Source of the DNA: Chthoniobacterales bacterium
GTDB lineage: Bacteria > Verrucomicrobiota > Verrucomicrobiia > Chthoniobacterales > Chthoniobacteraceae
NCBI GenBank assembly: GCA_038207335.1
Contig: JBBQZX010000002.1
Coordinates: 1-64,000 of the forward strand
Length of the DNA: 64,000 nt
Direction of reading: 5' to 3'
The translations under genes were made by a program, and so were the position numbers. Numbering within the stretch: the first letter of the stretch is position 1; each line of letters starts with the position of its first letter. Shown piece by piece: positions 8,435-17,314 of this stretch. A model generated the notes under the pieces. It worked only from the letters and a program-made list of their open reading frames with translations, had not been told where the DNA came from and searched no databases.

Positions 8435-10917
8435 ATGCGAGCCAACCTGCCCGACAAACAGTATTTCAAAGGGAAGCAGGTTCCCGGTCGTGCCGACCTG
8501 CTCATCACCGAGTATGTGAACAGTGGAAATAACGCACACGTCTTCAAGGCAAGGCAGAGAGCTAGCCGGGACGTAGCGTGCAAGATCATCCCGCGCAAAA
8601 ATCTCGCGGGTGGTGGAGACACCGCACTTTGGGAAGATGAGGTCAGGAAAGCTGACGTCTTGGAGAACTCTGTGGTGGTGAAATGCGAAGGGGTCAGCGA
8701 GTGGAAAGACAGTGAGGCTGGGATTGATTGCATCGTCTTGGTCTTTCCCTTCATTGAAGGACGGAATCTGCGCGATACCCTTGCGGACAAAAGCTCGCCA
8801 ATCACGATGGCGTTCATCTCGGTCTGTCTTGAGACATTACTTGAACTCCTCGCCGAGATGAGTGCCCTTGGCATTTCCCACGGCGACCTCCATACGGGAA
8901 ATATCATCGTCGAGCACAAGCGTTTCGCACTCAGGGACTCACCATATGCATTTCGTGTCACTGACTTTGGAGTAGCCGACGTAACGAGCGATCCGGGACC
9001 CCGCGATGACTTTCATCAAGTCGGCGCCGTCCTGCATGAAATGCTCGCCGCCGTGGATTTTCAGGCACCAGGCGCACCAGAGGACAAATACACCTTCCTT
9101 CAGCTGCGCGATTTGTTCATTCGCAGCCTGACAGACGACGATCCGACCCGCAATCGGTTTGCGAGGCAAGCGGAGCTGCTCTTCACCGAGTTGCGATCGC
9201 TGCCTGCAAAGTTCCGCAACTCCCACGGAGGCAAGGTGGAGATGACTTCGCCCTTCGACTTTCTAAGTTGCGAGCAGATCGGGGATGCCGCGTTGCTTGA
9301 GGCTTTGTATTCTCACCTGTTCCTCGGAATCGAAAAAGTCTGCGGACGCAATAATATGGTCCTGACCGGCCCGCGCGGGTGCGGAAAATCGACGGTCTTC
9401 AAGAGTCTGAGTTTGCCGCACCGCGTCAAGGTTACCGATGCGTCACCCGCAGGCGTGAAATTCATCGGAATCTATTACCGATGCGATGATTTGTATTTCG
9501 CATTTCCGAGCTATCGATTGCCTGAGCGTCGTGAAGCGTGGGACATTCCGCTGCATTTCATCACGACCACGTTACTCGCTCTCCTGCTGGAAGCTGTCGG
9601 CGAATGGGCAGAAATTCACTTCCGAGATGAATTCCATCGGATTCAGCCTTCAGTCTGCGAGCGCTTGTGGGAAGCGATCGGATTGCCACCGCCGCAGCAA
9701 CCAGGGGCGTTCAGCTTCGCCGTTCTCACCCGCGAGCTACAGAAGCAGCGCAAGAAAGCGACCGAGCGCCAGAAGGTCGCACACAAGCTTGATCGCGGCC
9801 TTGGATACAATTGCGGAGTTGGCGTTCTCACCAAAGCCTGCGAGGTGATTTCGGAGGGATTCCCCTTCTTGCGGGAGCGACCGATCTACTTCTTTGTCGA
9901 CGACTATTCATCGCCCAAGATTAGCGTCAATTTGCAGCGGAACCTCAACCGTTTACTTACACAACGGACGTCGTTTTGTTTTTTTAAAATCTCAACGGAA
10001 AGCCCGGTATCGTTTGAGCGAGAGGATGTGGACGGCAAGCATTACCCTGAAGGTCGCGAGTTCGAGCTTCTAAATCTCGGCGTCGTGTTTCTGGCAGCGA
10101 GCGACGATGCAAAGCTCAGCTTTGTCGAGGACGTATTTACGCGTCGCTTTGCGAAAGCTACTGACAAGTTCCCCGTCGCGCATTTGGAGGATTTGCTCGG
10201 TAGCAATCGGCAGCAATCACATAACGACCATGCACGGCAGATTCGGGAGAGTGCGTTGGGCGGTGGACCTAAACTTCTGCTCTGGGGCAAAGAGACACTC
10301 TGCGAACTTTGTAGCGGTGACATCCATTATCTCATCGGGTTGGTTCGCGACATGGTGGTGCGCACTGGCGGCACCGCCGAGATTGAGAAGTCCCTCGCAA
10401 CGCCACGCGTTCCCAAGGAAGATCAGAATCGCGAAATTCGAACTGCAGCGGGCGCCTTCCTAAAAAGCCTTACCGGCATCGTGAAGCACGGGGATCGACT
10501 CAAGAGAATTGTCGAAGCCTTCGGAACCGTCGCTTATACCCACCTACTCTATCGGGATGCGCCGAACCAAAAAATGAGCAATTACCGATTCCGAAGCAGG
10601 CGACAAGAATTGAGCCGCTTGAGGAGCCAAAACTCACTCCCGATGCCGAGCGCATATACAACGAACTCCTGCGCTATTCCGTTTTCATCGAAGATGTGCG
10701 GGGCAAGAGCCGCCGAGGGCACGTCGTGGCGCGACTTTACCTGCGTCGCTTGCTGATTCCCCATTTCAGCCTTACTTTCAGCACGCGTGATTCTATCGAA
10801 TTGGAGCCATCCCAAATCGAAGTGCTGCTCACCGATCCCGAAATCTTTTTGAAGGCGAAGCGCTTGAAGGGTGTATCAGACGATGAGCATCCGACCTTCA
10901 ATTTTGAGCCCACTTAA
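8435..10917 (+). CDS. Ser/Thr kinase fused to STAND/ORC-CDC6-like P-loop ATPase with wHTH-like C-terminus; -1 frameshift at A6 10569-10574
   Basis: Kinase motifs SGNNAHVFKA, VACK, HGDLHTGNII, TDFG; Walker A GPRGCGKST; Walker B YFFVDDYS. The protein-like C-terminus NEQLPIPKQATRIEP...YNELLRYSVFIED..GKSRRG...RLYLRRLLIPHF lies in the -1 frame and ends at TAA 10917, 3 nt before the next ATG. Confidence 0.8.
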
Positions 10918-10920
10918 CTT

Positions 10921-11994
10921 ATGAACATCTCGACGCCCGACGAAACTCTGCTCGCGATCTCAAAGCCGTCTTTAGCGGAACTGGGGGATCTCGTGCTTAC
11001 GGAAGGGGACACTCTTGTGCTCAGCGCAGGTTTTGAAGATCGAGCGTCTGCATTCTTAAATACTGCGTTGGCCAGCGGGCGGAGCTTCCGTGTGATCGTG
11101 GTCGATTATCTCCCGCAAAATCCGCAGAATCGAATCGCTGCCGCACTCTCGGCGTGTGCTGAGCATAAAATCACCGTCGACGTCCTCACCTATGATCGAG
11201 AGAACCCGGCCGGCTTCGGGGATGTGCTTAGTACCTCTCTTGGCGATCGGTCTGGACGAACCTTCATCGACATCTCGGGAATGTCGCGCTTGCTCATCGT
11301 GCAGACTTTGGTCGCGCTGCACGAGTCGGATGAGAGCCTGCAACGCACGTTCGTCATCTACACCGAGGCTGCCGAATATCCGCCGACACTCGAAGTTGCC
11401 CAGGAAGCACTGCGCGCGGCGGAAGAGAACCCCGCCGAACCGATCCATTTTCTGGCCTCCGGCGTTTTTGAAGTAACCGTATTGCCGGAACTCTCTGCGG
11501 TTGGCTTCGCTTCCTCGCCAACGCGGCTGATCGTTTTCCCGACGCTTGACCCCGTCCACCTTACTGCGCTGTTGACCGAGCTTCAGCCAGGCCAACTTAC
11601 CGTCATCGAAGGACAGCCGCCGAGCCCAGCTAATCAATGGCGGCCCGGCATCATCGCGCAAATCAATGAACTAGAACGGCTCCAGACGCAAACCGGCGCC
11701 GAACGCGAGATGACCAGCACGCTAGACTACCGCGACACGCTCGACCGCCTACTCCGTCTGTATGCGAAGCACGGCATCCGCGAGCGGATCGTTCTGTCGC
11801 CAACGGGGAGCAAGATGCAATCGGTCGCAGTGGGGTTGTTTCGAGCATGGGTTCGCGATGTGCAGATTGTCTATCCGACCTCCAGCGGTTTCTGCTCCTC
11901 CGAGAGCTACACTGTTGGTGTAGGTCCTATTCGTCTCTTAGCTCTCACCCCATTTTCAAAAGAAGTGAGTGAAGAAATTCGGGCTGTTGCATGA
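10921..11994 (+). CDS. Uncharacterised tandem Rossmann-like (CARF-like) protein, 357 aa
   Basis: Two alpha/beta halves: LVLSAGFEDRA...FIDISGMSR...YTEAAEYPP and LIVFPTLDP...STLDY...VLSPTGSKMQSVA...IVYP. The DIS/SPxGxK strand-loop motifs resemble CARF-fold proteins (fold assignment is inference). Confidence 0.55.
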   Translation: MNISTPDETLLAISKPSLAELGDLVLTEGDTLVLSAGFEDRASAFLNTALASGRSFRVIVVDYLPQNPQNRIAAALSACAEHKITVDVLTYDRENPAGFGDVLSTSLGDRSGRTFIDISGMSRLLIVQTLVALHESDESLQRTFVIYTEAAEYPPTLEVAQEALRAAEENPAEPIHFLASGVFEVTVLPELSAVGFASSPTRLIVFPTLDPVHLTALLTELQPGQLTVIEGQPPSPANQWRPGIIAQINELERLQTQTGAEREMTSTLDYRDTLDRLLRLYAKHGIRERIVLSPTGSKMQSVAVGLFRAWVRDVQIVYPTSSGFCSSESYTVGVGPIRLLALTPFSKEVSEEIRAVA

Positions 11995-12046
11995 CCGCAC
12001 GGCGACCATTTTTTCGATCGGATCGTCGAAGAGCTTGGAAATCGCC

Positions 12047-12235
12047 TCATGTTTCCCGCACGATCTCTGTAGTCCTTTAATCCTCGCGCATGGGGATGAA
12101 GGTGCAGTGGCGGAGCTTTTCGCAATCGGTCCATTCGACGAAGGCGAGCTGGCAGACCAGCTTGGGCTTTAGCCAGCGGCATTCTTTCATCTTCTCGGTG
12201 GTGAGCGCTTCGCCCCATCGGGAGGCTTTTCTGGC
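12047..12235 (-). pseudogene. ligD: 3' remnant of ATP-dependent DNA ligase (LigD-type OB domain)
   Basis: Manual translation KASRWGEALTTEKMKECRWLKPKLVCQLAFVEWTDCEKLRHCTFIPMRED*RTTEIVRET*, matching the W.kP.LV.ev.F.EWT....LRH..F...R.DK motif; TAA at 12077-12079. Confidence 0.8.
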
Positions 12236-12342
12236 GAAGGAGTTAGGTCTTTGCCTTCAACAAAGGGATGACGCGGGCGGCGAGTTTCTGCAGCGCCTTC
12301 ACGCGCCGCCGTGCGTCGGCTCCAGCGGCTGGCCGTCGTGTA

Positions 12343-12402
12343 GTCGATACTGACGGCATGCACCTACTCGTGGAGTGGATCGTGTCTCTGCGGAAATAGG
12401 GG
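12343..12402 (+). repeat. Right copy of the duplicated target (second copy of the last ~18 codons of the 5706-6986 gene)
   Basis: Encodes VDTDGMHLLVEWIVSLRK* versus ADPDGVRVLVEWIESLRK* at the left flank. Confidence 0.9.
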
Positions 12403-12452
12403 CGAAGAAGCGCGGGCGGCGGCGGTAGTTTGCGTGCCGTCCTTTTTACCCG

Positions 12453-14903
12453 ATGAAAAACCTCCACTACTTTCTCGCTGCACTATCTCTGCTCACGACC
12501 GCTGGCATTTGCGCCGAGCCGCCCGCTTACGTGCCGGCGACGGCGTTTCACATCCTGCAGGAGACGACGAGCGATGAGTCGGGATACTTTTCCCTCTCGG
12601 AATCGCTCGATGGCGCGATCCACGTCGGGACGGCGAAATACAATTTCAACGCCTTCCTCGTGGAGTTCGATCCGCGCACGGGAAAGCAGCGAATCGTGCT
12701 CGATACGAACAAGACGTGCGGGCTGACGGCGACGGGCAACGCGGCGCAGGCGAAGATTCATACGCGCAATTTCACCGGGCCGAGCGGGCGCGTGTATGTC
12801 GGCTCGAAGCAGGGCTATTTCAAAAAGGAAGACCCGTCGGAGTATCCAGGCGGCTACGTGATGACTTACGATCCGCGCACTGGCCGGACGGAGAATCTTG
12901 GGATGCCGATGGCAAAGGAGGGCGTGATCGACGTCGTCGCGGATGAAGCGCGCGGGCGGCTCTATGCGGTGACGTGCGAGGAACAGCACTGGATGCTCGG
13001 CACACTCGCCGGCGCGCCGTGGCGCGAGCTAGGGCCGATGCTCACGCCTTACGCGGCGACGCTCGTGGATGCGCGTGGCGTGGCGAGCGCGTTGACGAAG
13101 GACTTCCAGCTCGCGCAATTTGATCCGGCGACGGAGCGCGTGACGATGCGGCCCATTTCGCTCGACGGAAAAACGTGGGCGCGCGCGGGCACCAGCTCGA
13201 TCCCGATCTGGCAGCTCGACCCGGACGGGCGGCACGCGTGGCTCATCCTGATGAATGATCCGACGCTGCTGCTCATCGACCTGCAATCGCCCGGCGATCA
13301 AGTCGCCGCCGAGAACCGCGGGCTGATGCTCGAGGGGAAGAATCCCGACTGCCGCAGCGCACTGACCATTCATCCCGACGGCAAGATTTACGCTTTCGTG
13401 AAAGTGGACAACACCACCGGCTTCGGCACCGGCTACCTCCACCACCTCGTCCGCTACGATCCCGCGGCGAAGCGGCACGAAGACCTCGGCGTGCTGAAAG
13501 TCAGCAACCCGGATTTCTTCGACTGGTCGCCCGGTGCCGACGGCAAGCCGAAGCCGTGGACGCATGGTTTTCACAAACTCCCGGACGGCACGCTCACGCC
13601 GCTCCACGCGCACATGGCGCTGCTCGCCGCGCGCGACGGCACGCTCTACGCCACGATTCTCTATCCCTACACGCTGCTGAAAATCGACGGCTTCAAATTG
13701 CCCGCGCCCGCGCCGACCGCCGCCGCCAAATATCTCGACGCGCTCGCCACCAAACTCACCGAAGCCGAAGCGCGGCTGCCGGAGATTACGAAACTCGCCG
13801 AGCAACTCGCGGAGCGGCATTTGCGCGGCGGCATGATCGGCTTTCCGTGGATCGGCTCGACGCTCGAACAGGAATTGATCGGCCGCAGCGGCGGGCTGAT
13901 GCACATCGGCTTCGAACGCCCGTGGACAAAGGATCGGACGGCGGAGGAAAAGGCGAACGACGCGATCATTTTCGCGTGGGACGACGCGCCGAAAGCGGCG
14001 GACTTGAAGCGCGTGCAGGACGCGAAGGCGAAGGGTTTGTTCGTCCTCGGATTCGGTGCGCTGAAGTCGCCGCTGCTCGCGGAGCATGCTGCCGCCTGCG
14101 ATGCGTGGATCGACTCCGGCGCGAGCGAGGATGACCGCGCCGTCGATCTCGGCGGCGGACGGCGCGCGGGGAAGACGAACTCTTTCACAAACGCGGTGAA
14201 CGGCTGGCTCTTCACCGGGGAATTCGTCGCCGCGCTCACGCGTCGCGGCAAAATGCCGATCATGCTGAAGAGCGGAATGACGATTGATGGCGTGGCTTGG
14301 AACGCTCGCTACGCAGGCGCGCAATTTCACGACGACGTGACCGTGCCGCCGGTCGCGCCGGGCGAGCTGGGCCGCCGTTATCTCGAGCGCATCCGCTACA
14401 TGGTCGCGCGCCTGCGCAGCACCGAACTTTCCAAGCTGCAAAAGATGGCGGCGAACATTGATGCCGAGCTGCGCGCCGGAAAAAAGACCGTCGTCGCATC
14501 AATGGGCCACATGGGAATGAATTTCATCGGTCGCTTCGACGATGCGCTTTGGGCGGTGAATGACGAAGTGAGCGATGGCCTCGAATCGCAGATGAAGAGC
14601 TACGAAAAAGCACCCGACGGCGCGCTCGTCCTGCGCCTCGGCTACGTCGGCCTACACCGCGATCTGTACGCGCTTTTCCAGCGCAAGCAGCAGCGCGTGA
14701 TGCTCATTGCGGCGGAGAATCCGCGCGCGGAGTTCGCCATCCCCGCGGGCTACGAACTGCGCGCCGATCCGGGCTTCGCCTTCGGCGACGCGTGCGTTTA
14801 CATCCCCGGCTATCCCATTCCGATTCTGCCGCCGAGCGGCGTCATGCAGGTCGCGGCTTACGAGGCGATCAACGTCGAGGTGCAGCAGCGGCACGCGCCG
14901 TAA
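12453..14903 (+). CDS. Secreted protein: N-terminal beta-propeller + C-terminal tandem SIS-like alpha/beta domains
   Basis: Signal peptide; blade repeats (YDPRTG, FDPAT, YDPAAK); PAPAPTAA linker; ELIGRSGGLM and SMGH...PPSGVMQ segments resembling sugar-isomerase folds. Confidence 0.6.
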   Translation: MKNLHYFLAALSLLTTAGICAEPPAYVPATAFHILQETTSDESGYFSLSESLDGAIHVGTAKYNFNAFLVEFDPRTGKQRIVLDTNKTCGLTATGNAAQAKIHTRNFTGPSGRVYVGSKQGYFKKEDPSEYPGGYVMTYDPRTGRTENLGMPMAKEGVIDVVADEARGRLYAVTCEEQHWMLGTLAGAPWRELGPMLTPYAATLVDARGVASALTKDFQLAQFDPATERVTMRPISLDGKTWARAGTSSIPIWQLDPDGRHAWLILMNDPTLLLIDLQSPGDQVAAENRGLMLEGKNPDCRSALTIHPDGKIYAFVKVDNTTGFGTGYLHHLVRYDPAAKRHEDLGVLKVSNPDFFDWSPGADGKPKPWTHGFHKLPDGTLTPLHAHMALLAARDGTLYATILYPYTLLKIDGFKLPAPAPTAAAKYLDALATKLTEAEARLPEITKLAEQLAERHLRGGMIGFPWIGSTLEQELIGRSGGLMHIGFERPWTKDRTAEEKANDAIIFAWDDAPKAADLKRVQDAKAKGLFVLGFGALKSPLLAEHAAACDAWIDSGASEDDRAVDLGGGRRAGKTNSFTNAVNGWLFTGEFVAALTRRGKMPIMLKSGMTIDGVAWNARYAGAQFHDDVTVPPVAPGELGRRYLERIRYMVARLRSTELSKLQKMAANIDAELRAGKKTVVASMGHMGMNFIGRFDDALWAVNDEVSDGLESQMKSYEKAPDGALVLRLGYVGLHRDLYALFQRKQQRVMLIAAENPRAEFAIPAGYELRADPGFAFGDACVYIPGYPIPILPPSGVMQVAAYEAINVEVQQRHAP

Positions 14904-14911
14904 TCCTTTTT

Positions 14912-17314
14912 ATGAAAACCGCACTCCTCATTATTGCACGGACGCTCATCATCCTTTCGCCTGCCGGTTACGCCCAGACCGCGGGCAAGCCGGGTGCCGA
15001 CGATCTCATCATCGCGCAAGGTGGCGCGACTGGGACGACGTTGATTGTCGCTGCCGGCGCTGGGCGTTGGGAGAAACAGGCGGCTGGTGATTTGCAGAAA
15101 TACATCGAGCGGATGAGCGGGGCGAAGGTCGCGATTGCCGATCAGCCGGACACCATCGTCGCGGCGCTCAAGGCTGCCGGACCGCTGATCGTCGTCGGGC
15201 AGGCGGCGATCGAGGCAGAGCCTTCGTTGAAAAGTGCGCTGGCCGCCGTGGCGAAGAAGAACCCGACGGTACGGGCGGATGCGGTCGCAGTGCGGCGGGT
15301 GAACAACCACGTTTACCTCGTCGGGACGAATGACGAGTCGCACTACTTCGCCGCGTCGTGGCTGCTCCAGCAGTGGGGCTGCCGCTGGTATCTGCCGGGG
15401 GACTTCGGCGAGTGCATCCCGGCGCAGCCGACGCTGAAGGTGGGCGCGCTCGACTTTGCGTATGCGCCGCCTTTCGAGATCCGCCACTACTGGCTGAGCT
15501 GGAATGCGGACGGCGTGGGCGTGGAGGATTTTCAGCGGCGCAATTTCATGAGCAGCTCGCGGCTCGCGGGGATGGGTCACGCGCTGGGCCAATACACGAA
15601 GGCGCTGATTCCGGCGGGCAAGACTATGTTTAATGTGCCGCTCGCCGAGGAGGCGACGGCGCAGGAAGTGGCGGCGCGTGTGGAGCCGGAATACGCCAAG
15701 GGCATCGATGGGATTTCCCTCGCGATCGAAGACGGCAACTACGTGAGCGAGTCGGCGTGGGACAAGGAATTGCAGGCCGGCTTCTACGACAAATACACGC
15801 TCCAGCCCTCGAACACGGACGCGATGATCACGCTCTACAACAACGTCGCGCGCACTCTTCGCACGAAATATCCCGCGAGCAAAACGTTGCTCGGCGGGAT
15901 GGCTTACGCGAACGTCACGCTCCCGCCGCAGCGCGTGCTGACGATGGAGCCGAACCTCGTGATGTGGCTGGCGCCGATCGACATCGACCCGAATCACGGC
16001 ATGGACGATCCGCGCTCGCCGCCGCGCCAGGAGTATCGCGAGATGCTTTACCGCTGGGCGAAGATCACGGAGGGGCGGCTCGCGATTTACGACTACGATC
16101 AGAGCCAGCTCGTCTGGCGCGACCTGCCGAATCCGTCGCACTTCGTCTTCGCGAAAGACGTGAAGCACTACGCGAAGGCGGGCATCCTCGGCATCGGCAC
16201 GGAGAGCCGCGGGGCGACGGCGACGACCTTCCTGAATCTCTTTTTCCGCGGGCAGCTCATGTGGAATCCGGACGCCGATATCGCCGCGCAACTCGCTGAG
16301 TTTTATCCGAAATTCTACGGCCCCGCGGCGGCCCCGATGAGCGAATACTGGGGCGCGATCTACGCGGCGTGGGAGCAGACGCTTTCCACGGAGCACGAGT
16401 ATTTCGTCGCGCCGGCGATCTACACGCCGGAGTTGGTGGCCGCCTTGAAAGCAAGTCTGGAAAAGGCGCAGAAGGCGATGGAGCCGCTGCGCGCGAGCGC
16501 GAAACTGGGTGCGGGCGAACAGCTCTATCTCGACCGGCTGCGGTTCACCGAACTGAGCTTTGCCGTGAGCGAGAGCTACATGGCGATGCAGCGCGCGGTG
16601 GGCGATTTGGATTTCAAATCCGCCGTGGCCCATGGCGAGCGCGGCCTCGCGGCGCGCGAGGAATTGACGAAGATGAACCCGGCTTTCACCACCTACAAAA
16701 ACATCGGCGAGCACGGCTCGGCATGGTGGCCGGGCGAGGTGCAGCAATACCGCGATCTTCTCGCGAAGACCGACGGCACGAGCGGCACGATGGTCGCGAA
16801 GACGCCGGTCGAGTGGGCCTTTCGCCGCGATCCGCACGACACCGGCCTGCCGCGCGGATGGGCTTACGCCGAGCCGGATCTGGCCACTTGGAAGAAAGAA
16901 GGCGCGGCCCTCACGAGCGAGCAGCGCAAGGATTATCCCGACGCGTGGGAGATGCTTCGCACCGACATCTACGCGCAGGGCCAGGGCGTGCGACACCCCG
17001 ATGGGCAGAGCTACACAGGCCACTACTGGTATGAGACCTCGGTGGATTTGGACGCCGCGCAGACCGCCAGGAAAGTCAGCCTGATGTTCCCCGGCCTCTT
17101 CAATGAATGCTGGCTCTACGTGAATGGCGCGCTCATCGCACATCGCGCGTTCAACGAGCCGTGGTGGCTGGCCGACTACAAATTCGAATGGGACGTGGAT
17201 CTCACCGGCACGCTCAAGCCCGGACGCAACACGATCACCTTGCGCGGCGTGTGTCCGCATCACTTTGCGGGGATGTTCCGCCGGCCCTTTTTCCACCGCC
17301 CATCGAAGCCGTAG
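14912..17314 (+). CDS. DUF4838-family protein with C-terminal GH2-like sugar-binding domain
   Basis: Signal peptide, AAGDLQKYIERMSGA, GCRWYLPG, AYAN...PP, LMWNP...FYGPAA.PM; C-terminal YTGHYWY...FPGL...LYVNG...LKPGRNTI. Confidence 0.8.
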   Translation: MKTALLIIARTLIILSPAGYAQTAGKPGADDLIIAQGGATGTTLIVAAGAGRWEKQAAGDLQKYIERMSGAKVAIADQPDTIVAALKAAGPLIVVGQAAIEAEPSLKSALAAVAKKNPTVRADAVAVRRVNNHVYLVGTNDESHYFAASWLLQQWGCRWYLPGDFGECIPAQPTLKVGALDFAYAPPFEIRHYWLSWNADGVGVEDFQRRNFMSSSRLAGMGHALGQYTKALIPAGKTMFNVPLAEEATAQEVAARVEPEYAKGIDGISLAIEDGNYVSESAWDKELQAGFYDKYTLQPSNTDAMITLYNNVARTLRTKYPASKTLLGGMAYANVTLPPQRVLTMEPNLVMWLAPIDIDPNHGMDDPRSPPRQEYREMLYRWAKITEGRLAIYDYDQSQLVWRDLPNPSHFVFAKDVKHYAKAGILGIGTESRGATATTFLNLFFRGQLMWNPDADIAAQLAEFYPKFYGPAAAPMSEYWGAIYAAWEQTLSTEHEYFVAPAIYTPELVAALKASLEKAQKAMEPLRASAKLGAGEQLYLDRLRFTELSFAVSESYMAMQRAVGDLDFKSAVAHGERGLAAREELTKMNPAFTTYKNIGEHGSAWWPGEVQQYRDLLAKTDGTSGTMVAKTPVEWAFRRDPHDTGLPRGWAYAEPDLATWKKEGAALTSEQRKDYPDAWEMLRTDIYAQGQGVRHPDGQSYTGHYWYETSVDLDAAQTARKVSLMFPGLFNECWLYVNGALIAHRAFNEPWWLADYKFEWDVDLTGTLKPGRNTITLRGVCPHHFAGMFRRPFFHRPSKP

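Larger units (their letters stand above)
7120..12342. mobile_element. Integrase-free genomic islet carrying a candidate defence operon
   Basis: Bounded by the duplicated flanks; visibly more A/T-ending codons than neighbouring genes. Confidence 0.7.

Noticed and set aside
7294..11994. Classical type II restriction-modification, BREX or Avs call
   Set aside because: No recognisable endonuclease, PglZ/Brx genes or long TPR sensor; left as an unnamed candidate.
12303..12340. Minus-strand peptide HDGQPLEPTHGG resembling molybdopterin oxidoreductases
   Set aside because: Only 12 residues; too short to support without a search.
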